A stretch of 63,342 nucleotides of DNA, filler included, from Octopus bimaculoides (GCF_001194135.2; 6 parts of 6 records of this genome joined end to end with filler, not necessarily neighbours in it), one strand, 5' to 3'; counted from the whole stretch's first letter, positions 1-12,859 are shown. The notes: generated by a model from the letters alone, not told the origin. Numbers and translations are program-made.

Positions 1-195
1 AATAGCAGGACTTACAAATATATATAACATACAGAAAATTGCACTACTGGGTATTGCACACATTCTACGCAAAACACTTTCAATACAGTAAACATAAGAG
101 CACCACAGCAAACCACAGCACATACCCAAGGCGCACAGAGCTGCGCTCGGTAGTGAAGTGAAAGCACGTTATAAAAATAAAAATAATAATAATAA
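1..195 (+). mobile_element. 3' end of an R4/Dong-like (RLE) non-LTR retrotransposon with (TAA)n tail
   Basis: Translates ...GLTNIYNIQKIALLGIAHILRKTLSIQ*, matching the C-terminal QK..LLGTA.ILRK.L motif of R4/Dong-type LINEs; followed by short 3' UTR and aataataataat tail. Confidence 0.7.
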
Positions 196-372
196 TAGTA
201 ACATCGAAAAAATACCTTAGGAATGAGAACCCAGGTTCGAAATTTCCCCAAGACACCTGATGAAGACTGGCGGGTATATCAGCCGAAACGTTGTGTTAAC
301 AACAAACAAGATGAGGACAAATATCCGTCAAATGTAAATAATGTACATAATTCCTCATCTCTTAAATATAGA
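196..372 (+). mobile_element. Short Penelope-like terminal-repeat fragment carrying a hammerhead motif
   Basis: Contains HHR at 252-297; no ORF; HHR-bearing short repeats are typical of PLE pseudo-LTRs. Confidence 0.55.
252..297 (+). ncRNA. Minimal type I hammerhead ribozyme
   Basis: Stem I GACAC/GTGTT, core CTGATGA (257-263), stem II GACTG/CAGCC (one mismatch), GAAA (285-288), loopless palindromic stem III ACGT, predicted cleavage triplet GUU. Confidence 0.75.
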
Positions 373-499
373 ATTGAAAAATATTGTTCAAGTTTTAAAA
401 TAATTAATAATGCTCGAAGTAAGGTGAATAGAATCAAAATAAGTTACAAGATATCAAGTATTAGTGCAATAAAACTGTTTCAAGCGACTCCATTTAATT

Positions 500-1450
500 G
501 AACAATGCAAGCATTACATCAATTTAAATACAGTGCTATATTCAGCTACAATAAACATGGATTTTCAACAGACAAGATATATTAATATAATTTTTCTCAA
601 ATATTTTGTCGGCGCTAGAAGATGAAGGAATTTCTTGTAGCAAGAATAACCTAAGAGAAAAACTACAATTTTGGAGTGGCATGGAACACAGTGTGGGTCA
701 TAGGATTATAATTCATTTCTAATTTTTTATCTGCATTCTTAATCATCAACAAAAGATCTAAGGCTAGAATACTACATCTATTGAGAGTAAAGAACATTGT
801 AAGTTGACAGATCAGAGCTGGTTGCTGGTCATAAATAAATATTACTAGGTGTTTCTTCTATTCCTTAATTTTCTTAATGCCATAAATACCCCTCACCACA
901 AAAATAAACTTTAGAAGGAGTTAATTAGATAGCAGTAAATACCCATAAAAGAGCTTGGGTAGAGGTGACATTAACTTATGAAATTTAGGACGCTATACTG
1001 GGACCTAGGAAAACATTAAGGGCTCAGAGTGAAAACGTTTATAATCAAGGTATAGCAAAAGCCTATGTAATATTATGGTGTATAAAAAATTTAAATTTAA
1101 AAATTTAAAAAGAAAATTTTTTAAAGGGCTATTAGAACCATGTTAAATAAAAAGGATATACGGATCAGTTTAAACATTAAAAAGAAGATAACGATTATGT
1201 AGAATCGCCCTAATACCTCATCATTACGTAACTATTAGGTGGTCGCTACAAAGGTCACTCAAACAATGATCGTAACTTACATAAGTATTTTATCTGGAAA
1301 AATATACATATTATCTATTAATTGGAAGTAAGGGATCAGAAGCAGGATAATAAGATAAATGATTCAATAATATATCGGCATAATTACATGTAAGTATACA
1401 AGAAAAATTTAACAGCTATGAAAATCGTGTACTGATATAATTAGATATAA
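500..1450 (+). mobile_element. Highly decayed A-rich LINE-like remnant (family uncertain)
   Basis: Strong A-bias, broken frames with a peptide IAKAYVILWCIK reminiscent of LINE ORF2 C-termini; no long ORF. Confidence 0.25.
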
Positions 1451-1477
1451 CAGTATAAAAAAATAAGGCATACACAT

Positions 1478-1820
1478 ACGTGACATTCCGTCGGTTGCGA
1501 CGACGAGGATTCCAGTTGATCCGATCAACGGAACAACCTGCTCGTGAAATTAACGTGCAAATGGTTGAGTACTCCTCAGACACGTTTACCCTTAATGTAG
1601 TTCTCAGGGAGATTCAGCGTGACACAGAGTGTGACAAGGCTGGCCCTTTCAAATACAGGTACAACAGAAACAGGAAGAAAGAGTGAGAGAAAGTTGTAGA
1701 GTACAGCAGGGTTCTCCACCAACCCCTGCCGGAGGCTTGTGGAGCTTTAGATGTTTTCGCTCAATAAACACTCACAACGCCCGGTCTGGGAATCGAAACC
1801 GCGACCTTACGACCGCGACT
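1478..1820 (-). mobile_element. tRNA-derived SINE
   Basis: Minus strand begins ...ggtcgtaaggtcgcggtttcgattcccagacc (B-box-like GTTTCGATTCC) followed by about 300 bp non-coding body. Confidence 0.7.
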
Positions 1821-2415
1821 CCATTTAATTGAGCAATGTAAACATTACATCAAATATGAAATGTAGAGCAATCTTCAGCTGCACAAAGATATAGAAATTT
1901 AATGAAATTATATTTAAATAGAAGGACATATTTCTATAATTAAATCTAAACTCACCAAGTAGAAATGAGGGATACAAAAAACCATTTTGACTTAGCCAGA
2001 CCATACAGGCTAGAAACGATCGTATTGCATTAACTTTGGATATCCTTGTTGCTTATTTTGATATATATATATATATATATATANNNNNNNNNNNNNNNNN
2101 NNNNNNNNNNNNNNNNNNNNNNNNNNNNNNNNNNNNNNNNNNNNNNNNNNNNNNNNNNNNNNNNNNNNNNNNNNNNNNNNNNNNNNNNNNNNNNNNNNNN
2201 NNNNNNNNNNNNNNNNNNNNNNNNNNNNNNNNNNNNNNNNNNNNNNNNNNNNNNNNNNNNNNNNNNNNNNNNNNNNNNNNNNNNNNNNNNNNNNNNNNNN
2301 NNNNNNNNNNNNNNNNNNNNNNNNNNNNNNNNNNNNNNNNNNNNNNNNNNNNNNNNNNNNNNNNNNNNNNNNNNNNNNNNNNNNNNNNNNNNNNNNNNNN
2401 NNNNNNNNNNNNNNN

Positions 2416-2447
<32 letters not shown>

Positions 2448-3058
2448 GTATGGTGTAATTATAAGTAACTGAAAAATATCAATTTATGAACCACAATGAG
2501 CCACGTCTTATCATGCATATGTGCGAGAGAAGATGTAACATACTCCGCAACTCATAGGATGTTATACCAGTATATGCGAAGGAAAATAAGAATGTAAAAT
2601 ATAAAGAAATTCAATACTATATAAAAATTTAACACTATATGATAAAAATAAGCATAAAGGACAAGGAATTAATAAGGAAAATATACAATGATAAGAAATC
2701 AGAATAATAAGAATTAATAGAAAATTAATAAGAAATATATGTAAAGACATTAAAAATAAGATCTGGAAAAGATAAAAAATAAACTAAAAATGTAATAGGT
2801 ATGCAAATAATCAGGTATTATGTTTATGTGATGTATTATATGTAATATTACCCTATGGTAACTCCTACCTGTTTAGTCTGATTTTACCCCATACAGTGAT
2901 TACGCTGTTCTTTCCTTCAATTCTATGACTTTCTACATTATCAGTCACATTAAGTGAGTTATGCGATTGTAGTGAGTTATGCGATAGTAAACTTCCCTTG
3001 ACTAAATCTTACACTCCCTAGGATTTATGCAATCATACATACAATTGCACCTGTAATA

Positions 3059-3096
3059 TCTATATATATAAAAATGAGAATGTGTGTCTGTCTGTG

Positions 3097-3155
<59 letters not shown>

Positions 3156-4376
3156 GCGTGTGTGTGTGTGTGAATCCCTAAAACTCGAGAACTACGCAAC
3201 CAATTTCATTCAAATTTTACACATGCCTTACTTAGGGTTCCAGTTGTGTTTTAGTCAAAAACATTTTTTAACTTCTTGCAGAGTTCGAGCCCACGGCAAC
3301 ATAATATCTCCTCCACTATTTAAGTATTACGTGTCAAAAGTGAAACAAAAACACTCATGTCAAATACTTTCACTTTAAAAATGAAACTATTCCACTAACT
3401 GAAACAATCACATTTCGATACTGTAATGACANNNNNNNNNNNNNNNNNNNNNNNNNNNNNNNNNNNNNNNNNNNNNNNNNNNNNNNNNNNNNNNNNNNNN
3501 NNNNNNNNNNNNNNNNNNNNNNNNNNNNNNNNNNNNNNNNNNNNNNNNNNNNNNNNNNNNNNNNNNNNNNNNNNNNNNNNNNNNNNNNNNNNNNNNNNNN
3601 NNNNNNNNNNNNNNNNNNNNNNNNNNNNNNNNNNNNNNNNNNNNNNNNNNNNNNNNNNNNNNNNNNNNNNNNNNNNNNNNNNNNNNNNNNNNNNNNNNNN
3701 NNNNNNNNNNNNNNNNNNNNNNNNNNNNNNNNNNNNNNNNNNNNNNNNNNNNNNNNNNNNNNNNNNNNNNNNNNNNNNNNNNNNNNNNNNNNNNNNNNNN
3801 NNNNNNNNNNNNNNNNNNNNNNNNNNNNNNNNNNNNNNNNNNNNNNNNNNNNNNNNNNNNNNNNNNNNNNNNNNNNNNNNNNNNNNNNNNNNNNNNNNNN
3901 NNNNNNNNNNNNNNNNNNNNNNNNNNNNNNNNNNNNNNNNNNNNNNNNNNNNNNNNNNNNNNNNNNNNNNNNNNNNNNNNNNNNNNNNNNNNNNNNNNNN
4001 NNNNNNNNNNNNNNNNNNNNNNNNNNNNNNNNNNNNNNNNNNNNNNNNNNNNNNNNNNNNNNNNNNNNNNNNNNNNNNNNNNNNNNNNNNNNNNNNNNNN
4101 NNNNNNNNNNNNNNNNNNNNNNNNNNNNNNNNNNNNNNNNNNNNNNNNNNNNNNNNNNNNNNNNNNNNNNNNNNNNNNNNNNNNNNNNNNNNNNNNNNNN
4201 NNNNNNNNNNNNNNNNNNNNNNNNNNNNNNNNNNNNNNNNNNNNNNNNNNNNNNNNNNNNNNNNNNNNNNNNNNNNNNNNNNNNNNNNNNNNNNNNNNNN
4301 NNNNNNNNNNNNNNNNNNNNNNNNNNNNNNNNNNNNNNNNNNNNNNNNNNNNNNNNNNNNNNNNNNNNNNNNNNNN

Positions 4377-4415
<39 letters not shown>

Positions 4416-5071
4416 GCGTGTGTGTGTGTGTGAATCCCTAAAACTCGAGAACTACACAACTCTCTTTTACAAACCCAGTGAAAATACATATATTTCATAT
4501 GTCAAAGAAATTCAAGCAATACATATAACACCAAAGTTAAAAACATTCCCAACAATTCCACAATCCCCAACCTCCAGAGCTATTGAAGAAACTGTTATCA
4601 TCAACTGACCAAGATTCCTAACATTTGCAAAACAAAATTAGACAATACGACGATGTACTACAGATGACATCAATTGGAACCACAAGAGATTTAACTGAGG
4701 CAGCATTCATCCAAACTTTCAAGATCCAACCTCAGATTTATCATCGCATTGTCTCTCTACTACCTCTGTCAAATGAATCACTAAAATTGGCCTTTCATTA
4801 TTTATAATCTGTACCTGTTTGTTTGGTTACGAAATAAAATACACAAAACGTGTTTCTGAATTACGTGTATTTACTTTATATGCGTATGAGTTGAAAACTT
4901 TCTTCTAGCATTCCACTTAATATCTATGTTCCATGCTGGCATGGATTGGAGAGTTATTAATGTAGAAATATGGTATCGTAGCTACTAACAGTTGAGGGTT
5001 GCGTAGTCTAGACGGCGTTTTTAGATTTCATTATTCACTTTAATCCGGGCAACGCCGGGTATTTCTGCTAG
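3059..5071 (+). mobile_element. Non-autonomous Helitron-like element (partly in gap)
   Basis: 5' TC after A (A|TCtatatatataaaaatgagaatg), (GTCT)n microsatellite near 5' end, 3' GC-rich hairpin ccgggcaacgccggg (5045-5059) then CTAG (5068-5071) followed by T; inserted in AT. Confidence 0.75.
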
Positions 5072-5213
5072 TAATTTATAAAACCGCATCCAATGATATC
5101 CTCATTTTAATTTATATATACCTTAACCTACTTTGGTATGAATACCTTCAACTGTCCTTGATTTATCTATACCTTAATCTACTTCGGTATGATTACATTG
5201 AACTGAACTGGTA

Positions 5214-5480
5214 GGGCATAAAAAGCACCATTTCAGCGCTGGGCCTCACGGAGACAATGTGACTGATGCCGGTGTCATGTAACTGGCACCCGTGCCAGTG
5301 GAGCGTAGTAGCATCCCATGGTACTCTCAGAGTGGTTGGCATTAAAAAAGGAATTCAGCCATAGAAACCATGTCAAATGAGACTGAAGTCCGGAGCAGCC
5401 TCTCAGTTTACCAGCCCTGGTCAAACTGCTTAACCCATGCCAGTATGAACAATGGATGTTAAATGATAATGAGGAGGAGG
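5214..5480 (+). mobile_element. SINE-like repeat, family C ((GAT)n tail), diverged copy
   Basis: Homologous to 24282-24620 and 32004-32245 (gagtggttggc.ttaggaagggcatc...cccatgc.agcatgg...gttaaa.gatgat). Confidence 0.7.
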
Positions 5481-5635
5481 ATAATGATGTATATGTATAA
5501 ATATTTGTATGTATATGTGTGTGTGTGTGCATGTATATATATGTATATCTATGTGTGCATATATATATATATATGTATATATATGTGTGTGTGTATATAT
5601 AATGTATACGTATATATATGTGTGTGTGTGTATGA

Positions 5636-5687
<52 letters not shown>

Positions 5688-6505
5688 NNNNNNNNNNNNN
5701 NNNNNNNNNNNNNNNNNNNNNNNNNNNNNNNTTAATTAATTAANNNNNNNNNNNNNNNNNNNNNNNNNNNNNNNNNNNNNNNNNNNNCTCTCTCTTTCAC
5801 CTTTTATCTTAGTGTTCCATCCACTAAAGAAACAGCTCAAAAAGAAAAAAAAAGAAACAAGTTATGTTCCTTTTCTCTGAAGAGATCACCATTCATGAAC
5901 TGCTGGCATTTGAAGATTATCGTTGTTATTGTGACGTGTGTGTTGTGTGTTTTGCTGGATTGCAAATCTATGCTGCTACTACTGCTGCTACTGCTGCTGC
6001 TGCTCTTGTTGTTACTGTTGTTTAGCTAAGGTCAACCCTGGTCGTGCAGACCTATGATCATAAGTATTCTCTTTGTAATTATCCCATCTTTTTTTTTTTA
6101 TATATATATATAATGGAGTTGGGTACCTAGGGCTACATTATCCTTGTAACACTTCCTTTTAAGACAGCCGGATAATTTTAAAATTTCACTATCTATAATG
6201 TCAAATGACTATGTAGCGGAAGCTTTTGGCTCTAATCAAATGAAGGAAGTGATAGATTTTTCTAACTATGACGATACTCGTCTGACCTTATTCTAAAACA
6301 TGTCCCCCAAAATTTAGGATATAAAATAAGTGATTTCCACTCTGAACGTAGTGGGGATGAAGATGATGAAGATTTGTGTATCATATTGATGAATTAGTTT
6401 CGATCTGTTGCCTCTTAGGCTACTTAGAAAGTTGTAATGATTGAGCAATGAATTTAAAAATAATAGCAGAGAACGTCCTAAACTGTGGACTTTTCGTAAT
6501 AATAG

Positions 6506-6715
6506 TTTAAAATTTTGGTACAAGCCCAGCAATTTAAAGAAAGGAAGTAAGTCGATTTCATCGACCCCAATGCTCGATTGGTACTTATTTTATCGATCCC
6601 GAAACGATGACAGGTACAGATGATCTCGGCAGAATTTGATCTCTAAATGTAAACTCGGACAAAATACCGCAAGGTGTTTTTACCTAGCGTGCAAACTTTT
6701 CTGCCAACTCGCCAC
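6506..6715 (-). mobile_element. tRNA-derived SINE, family A
   Basis: Reverse complement of the 8898-9113 family (gataaaataagtacc...gggtcgat core). Confidence 0.7.
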
Positions 6716-7020
6716 TTTTCGGGCTTTTCATAATATCTAGTATGAATAACATTAAACAAGTTGATATAGTAATCTAAATCCGTGTTTGTTAGACTCGTAA
6801 CTGAATAGTGAGTTCTATCATGACAGCAATAATTGTATATTATACAAATTACGGGTGATGACAGTAATATTTGATAATTGCATAAACCAGAAACTTTAAG
6901 AAAAGTGTAAACCGTAAGTTAAGACATTGGCACCTCCTTCTAAGAATTAAATTAATAGAAAAGAAATATAAATAATTAGAAGCTGCTGGATTTAACTTGC
7001 TCTCAGTTAGATGAGCTTAA

Positions 7021-7247
7021 CCATTTGCCTGTCCAAAACATTTTCATACGCTTGTCCTAAACGTCCATTATTTTTTTTCAGACTTTTAGTTAGCTTTTGT
7101 TACGTACATTTTGAGGTATATAAAGCTTTCCTTTCATAAGTTATTCTGATGGTTGGAGAAAGTTGGGTATGTCTATCATATATGATGCAAGGATGCCAGA
7201 AAAATATGTCCTGTTTATCACATGTGATACACAGGACAGATAAAGGG
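7021..7247. mobile_element. piggyBac-type MITE
   Basis: TTAA on both sides (7017-7020, 7248-7251); TIRs ccatttgcctgtcc / ggacagataaaggg. Confidence 0.7.
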
Positions 7248-7758
7248 TTAAAGGATGATTTTTTTTTATCAAAGGAACAGGGAACGTCACTTAATTAGAA
7301 ATAAGAGTGGATGATCTGTGAATAAATAAGAGTTGACGCTTATATACTACAAGAAACATGCTCCATTTTTCTCTTGGTAAGCAGAAGCAGTAATCCACAG
7401 ATGTTCTCAGATTCTATGGAGATATCTTTGGAATCTCAGCACTTGAGTTATCTCGAACTAAATATCCCCATCAGAAGCAGGAAACAAAATGGATGCGGCC
7501 ATTTTGAAATTTTCTACGCATTAGTTTCTAATATAACAGTAAATTTTCGATTTAGTCATTTCACATTTACATCGGATGGTGTATATATGAAAATTCGAGT
7601 ACACTTCGTCTTCTCTCGGAAAATAAACTTCATTATGCTTAAGAAATCATTCAATATTTAAGCATGTGAATATTCATTCACAAAGTCATCTGTATGAACG
7701 CATATAAGAGAAGTCGGAGTAGCAGGGATTCCTGTATGTAAAGAACTGTATATACCTG

Positions 7759-7801
<43 letters not shown>

Positions 7802-7974
7802 GTAAGTGGGCACGCTCGCGAGTGCACACACGTATATTCACACACTCACTTATAGGCACATATACTCACGCACACACATATACATGTATGCATGTGTGTG
7901 TGTGCGTGGTGTGTGTGTGTGCATGCGTGTGTGTGTGCATGCGTGTGTGTGTTGTTCCTTAATTCTAATTTTTA

Positions 7975-8160
7975 AAGTGATTAGATTGTGGCCATCCTGC
8001 AGCACCGCCTTTGAAGGAATCAGACAACCAAATCGACCCCTGTGCTTATATTAAGTCATGTACTTTTTCTATCGGTTTCTTTTTGCTGAAATGCACAGTC
8101 ACGCGGGCGCAAACAACCGAGCACTGTTTGCCAAGCAGTATGAGAAAAACACAAAGACGT
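7975..8160 (-). mobile_element. SINE 3' module (family B tail), diverged
   Basis: Matches tgtggccatgctggagcaccgcc...aaatcgacccc...gtacttattctatcgg module seen at 45405-45610. Confidence 0.6.
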
Positions 8161-8897
8161 GAGAACACATAAAGGCACACACACAAACACACACGTGCGT
8201 GCGTGCGTGTGTGTTTGTGAGTGTGTGTCTGACTGTCTGTCTGTCTGTCTGCCTGTGTGACTTGCAGAACAGCTTAAATCAGAAAAGCTGAAATTTGAAT
8301 ATTATAAAACTTCACTGTGGATTAAAAAAGAATGTAAACTCATTCTTTACACTTCGGATATACAGAGGGGAAAAAAAGGGGATAAAGACTGCTGATAGAC
8401 CGTTTCATGTCTTGATTACTTGACTTTCTCCACCTTTCAATAACATAGGTCAACTGCTTACAGAGTAGTGATGAATAAGACTAACACCGTTGTGGATAAT
8501 CTAATTTGTGTATTTGTGGGTTCATCATTAAGTAAACAATATCTATTTATGCACAACCTGGCGTAAATTAGAACACAAATTAATTTGATGGGTTTCCGCA
8601 CAATTTCCGTCAACTAAATTCATTGGTCGGTTCGGTGCTATAGTAGAAGATTGCTAATATTACAGGACAGTAGTTTGCGAAAGAAGAAAAGTGTTGCAAT
8701 AACTAGGAAAGAGTGGGTTCAAAAGGAGTTAAGTTAGTTATATGCAGTGTGTTATGGGAGGCTTCTTAAATGTAGTCCTAGATGCACAATGTTTCAGAAT
8801 ATGACAGGGAAATATTACAGGAACATTATTAATCATAAATCTGCTAGGATGGGACTGAGATGACTTGAAGTATGACGACTGCAATAGCAGCCACAAC

Positions 8898-9113
8898 AAG
8901 GCGACGAGCTGGTAGAATCGTTAGCACGCCGGGAAAAATTGCTTAGCAACATTTCGCCCGCCCAAACGTTCTGAGTTCAAATTCAGCCGAGGTCGACTTT
9001 AACTTCCATCTTCCGGGATCAATAAAATAAGTACCATTTGAGAACTGGGTCGATGTAATCGATTTGCCTCCATTCCCGAAATTGCTGGCCTTGTGCCGGA
9101 ATTTGAAACCAAT
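8898..9113 (+). mobile_element. tRNA-derived SINE, family A
   Basis: Head aaggcgacgagctggtagaatcgttagc (A-box-like), B box gagttcaaattc, core gaggtcgacttt...gatcaataaaataagtacc (resembles the Meta-type SINE central domain). Confidence 0.8.
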
Positions 9114-9489
9114 AGCGGTCACAACAATAAAGCTATCTAAATATTTTCTGTTCATTTTCTTTTTATCCGTTTATTGTGTCCGTTTGTCAAAAACCGAAGA
9201 TAGCATAAAAATCGAGAAGCATAAGGAATGAGATATTCTTGATGAATATAAAAATTTGCTAAGTTCCTGCTTTCTGATTTTTTGCGAACCATGTAATTAT
9301 TATGCTGGACATGAATGGACGTATCAGGAAAACGTCATGCTTTGAGCGAGTTTAATCTGTTGTTCTGAAGTTTGTTCAGTATTCATTCTCTAATGCTCAG
9401 AACAATAGAGACAATCTCACAAAAGAAAATTTGGTTTTTCGTTAAATAAGGAAGGAAAATATTTGTGTCCTGTTTATCTTTAATCTTTT

Positions 9490-9722
9490 ATCTTTTACTT
9501 GTTTCAGTCATTTCAGTCATTAGATTTCGGCCACGCTGAGGCACCGCCTTGAAAAATTTTAGTGGAACGGATAGAGACCAGTAATTATTTGTTTTTGTTA
9601 TTGATATTTTAATCCCGGTACTTATTCTATTGGAGTCTTTTGTCGAACCACGAAGTTACGGGGACGTAAATACACCAACACTGGTTATCAAGTGCTGATG
9701 GGAACAAGCATGGACACAAAAA
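9490..9722 (-). mobile_element. SINE 3' module (family B tail)
   Basis: ttttacttgtttcagtca...gcaccgcc...gtacttattctat...gtaaa.acacc, homologous to 45405-45610. Confidence 0.7.
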
Positions 9723-9899
9723 ACACACACACACATTCACGCACTCACACACACGGACACACACACAGACACACATGCTCACACACACACGCAAACACGC
9801 ACACACGCACACACAGACAAACATACATACGCACACACACACATATATATATATATACGTATATGTGCATATGTATTTACATATATATATATATATATA

Positions 9900-9942
<43 letters not shown>

Positions 9943-10914
9943 TTAATATTTCTAAGTCTCTCTTAACGGCAGCATTNNNNNNNNNNNNNNNNNNNNNNNN
10001 NNNNNNNNNNNNNNNNNNNNNNNNNNNNNNNNNNNNNNNNNNNNNNNNNNNNNNNNNNNNNNNNNNNNNNNNNNNNNNNNNNNNNNNNNNNNNNNNNNNN
10101 NNNNNNNNNNNNNNNNNNNNNNNNNNNNNNNNNNNNNNNNNNNNNNNNNNNNNNNNNNNNNNNNNNNNNNNNNNNNNNNNNNNNNNNNNNNNNNNNNNNN
10201 NNNNNNNNNNNNNNNNNNNNNNNNNNNNNNNNNNNNNNNNNNNNNNNNNNNNNNNNNNNNNNNNNNNNNNNNNNNNNNNNNNNNNNNNNNNNNNNNNNNN
10301 NNNNNNNNNNNNNNNNNNNNNNNNNNNNNNNNNNNNNNNNNNNNNNNNNNNNNNNNNNNNNNNNNNNNNNNNNNNNNNNNNNNNNNNNNNNNNNNNNNNN
10401 NNNNNNNNNNNNNNNNNNNNNNNNNNNNNNNNNNNNNNNNNNNNNNNNNNNNNNNNNNNNNNNNNNNNNNNNNNNNNNNNNNNNNNNNNNNNNNNNNNNN
10501 NNNNNNNNNNNNNNNNNNNNNNNNNNNNNNNNNNNNNNNNNNNNNNNNNNNNNNNNNNNNNNNNNNNNNNNNNNNNNNNNNNNNNNNNNNNNNNNNNNNN
10601 NNNNNNNNNNNNNNNNNNNNNNNNNNNNNNNNNNNNNNNNNNNNNNNNNNNNNNNNNNNNNNNNNNNNNNNNNNNNNNNNNNNNNNNNNNNNNNNNNNNN
10701 NNNNNNNNNNNNNNNNNNNNNNNNNNNNNNNNNNNNNNNNNNNNNNNNNNNNNNNNNNNNNNNNNNNNNNNNNNNNNNNNNNNNNNNNNNNNNNNNNNNN
10801 NNNNNNNNNNNNNNNNNNNNNNNNNNNNNNNNNNNNNNNNNNNNNNNNNNNNNNNNNNNNNNNNNNNNNNNNNNNNNNNNNNNNNNNNNNNNNNNNNNNN
10901 NCTCTCTCTCCATA

Positions 10915-10962
<48 letters not shown>

Positions 10963-10977
10963 TATATATACATATAC

Positions 10978-11122
10978 ACGACGAGTTCATTTCAGTTTCC
11001 ACCTGCCGAATTCATTCACTAGAATTTGGTCATCCCCATGGCTATAGTAGAAGACACTTGCACAAAGTGCCACGCAATGTGACTGAACCAGGAATCATGT
11101 GGTCGGCAAGCAAACTTCTTAT
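10978..11122 (-). mobile_element. tRNA-derived CORE-like SINE, family B head
   Basis: Reverse complement of ggttcagtccc...gggcaagtgtcttctactatagcc...ggaaactgaaagaagccc family. Confidence 0.7.
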
Positions 11123-11462
11123 CATTCTTTGTTTCTTTTCAAAACAGATTTTCCTTAAAAGGTCTTACACTTAAATATAATCTATTATCATAGACATTGA
11201 AGTAAGTTTCTTGTAGAATTAAATTTTGGAATCTGCTTTTCCTTGAATTTCCAATCCTCTACTCTACAACCATATCCGAGTGACGGTAGAGATGTAGAGA
11301 AAGATCTAAATTAGACTCCCATAGAATCGAGGCAGATATAGATAAATACAGAATTTCTCGTGAGTGAATATATACATATATATCATGGGTTGAACAGAAA
11401 GAACACAATGAAGAAAAATCAGACGAAAGCAGAGCAAACGGAAAGCAGAGAGAGAGAGGGGG

Positions 11463-11517
<55 letters not shown>

Positions 11518-12214
11518 TGATAGATAGATAGATAGATAGATAGACATACATGTATGTGTGTGTGTGTGTGTGTAATTATATTTTCGACATTTATTGTTTT
11601 AGCAAAGAATTTTCGCTTTAGCTAATTCAATAACACATCAAAAAACAAAACATTATGAATCTCTAAACGCAGTTTTTTCAGAACCTTTGTATGTGATGTT
11701 CAGAGAGAGAGAGAGAGGGGAGAAAGAGAGGGGGGGAGAGAGAGAGCGAGAGAGAGAGANNNNNNNNNNNNNNNNNNNNNNNNNNNNNNNNNNNNNNNNN
11801 NNNNNNNNNNNNNNNNNNNNNNNNNNNNNNNNNNNNNNNNNNNNNNNNNNNNNNNNNNNNNNNNNNNNNNNNNNNNNNNNNNNNNNNNNNNNNNNNNNNN
11901 NNNNNNNNNNNNNNNNNNNNNNNNNNNNNNNNNNNNNNNNNNNNNNNNNNNNNNNNNNNNNNNNNNNNNNNNNNNNNNNNNNNNNNNNNNNNNNNNNNNN
12001 NNNNNNNNNNNNNNNNNNNNNTATATATATATATATATATATATATCGAGAGAGAGAGAAGTGGTGCAACATATATATAGAGAGACAGGAATAAAGACAC
12101 AGAAACAGACAGAGAGAGGGAAGTGAGAAATATCATGAGATATAGATTAAAAATCTCATTGAGTAGAGGAAAATGTAAACGTAAATTCCTGCAGAACGAC
12201 GACAATATAAAGAC

Positions 12215-12425
12215 AAGGCAGCGAGCTGGCAGAATCATTAGCACACCGGGCTTAGCAGCATTTCGTCCGTCCAAACATTCTGACTCCAAATTCCGCCGAG
12301 GTTAACTTTGCCTTTCATCCTTTCGGGGTCGATAAAATAAGTACCAGTTGAGCACTTGGGTTGATGTAATCGATTTAACTTCTACCCCCAAACTTGCTGG
12401 CCTTCTATCAAAATTTCAAACCAAT
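12215..12425 (+). mobile_element. tRNA-derived SINE, family A
   Basis: aaggcagcgagctggcagaatcattagc head; ccgaggttaactttgcctttcatcctttcggggtcgataaaataagtaccag core. Confidence 0.8.
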
Positions 12426-12449
12426 ATCATAAATAATCTTGTTGGACGT

Positions 12450-12640
12450 GAAAGTGCGTAAGCTAGTAGTTGGGGCTTCGGTTCATAATTATATGATCGT
12501 GGGTTTAATATTGAAATTGGGCGATGCGTTGTGTCTTTCAACAAGGCACTTCATTCCACGTTGCTTCAGTCTATGTAGCTGTTATAAGTACCAGTTGGGT
12601 ACTGGCGAAGCCCTCTCTCCTCCAGCTTTCACGTCCTGGA
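12450..12640 (+). mobile_element. Diverged tRNA-derived SINE (further family)
   Basis: gatcgtgggtttaat...gcgttgtgtctttcaacaaggcacttcattccacgttgcttcag resembles CORE/V-type SINE body. Confidence 0.45.
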
Positions 12641-12859
12641 TATTCCCCCTAGAGGGAAAAAGAGAGTGAAAGAGAGAGATCTAATAGCAAGGGGAACGGA
12701 AGGTGCCTGTTCATGCCTAAAGTATTTACCAAGTGCATTTACCAAGTGGTAATCGTTTCCGAGTGCTATCTGGCTGTGCTAACAGAATGCAGGTAAATAT
12801 AGATATAAATTATAGCACATCGATAAATATTTGTATGAGCAGGTATGATCTTAATCAAA

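Noticed and set aside
5732-5743. TTAATTAATTAA islands (also 24226-24237, 53496-53507, 58988-58999, 61408-61419)
   Set aside because: Each sits between two 44-N runs (100 total) and has stops in all six frames: an artificial scaffolding linker, not biology.
8898-8990. tRNA genes (here and at other SINE heads)
   Set aside because: No cloverleaf; A/B-box-like motifs continue into SINE bodies.
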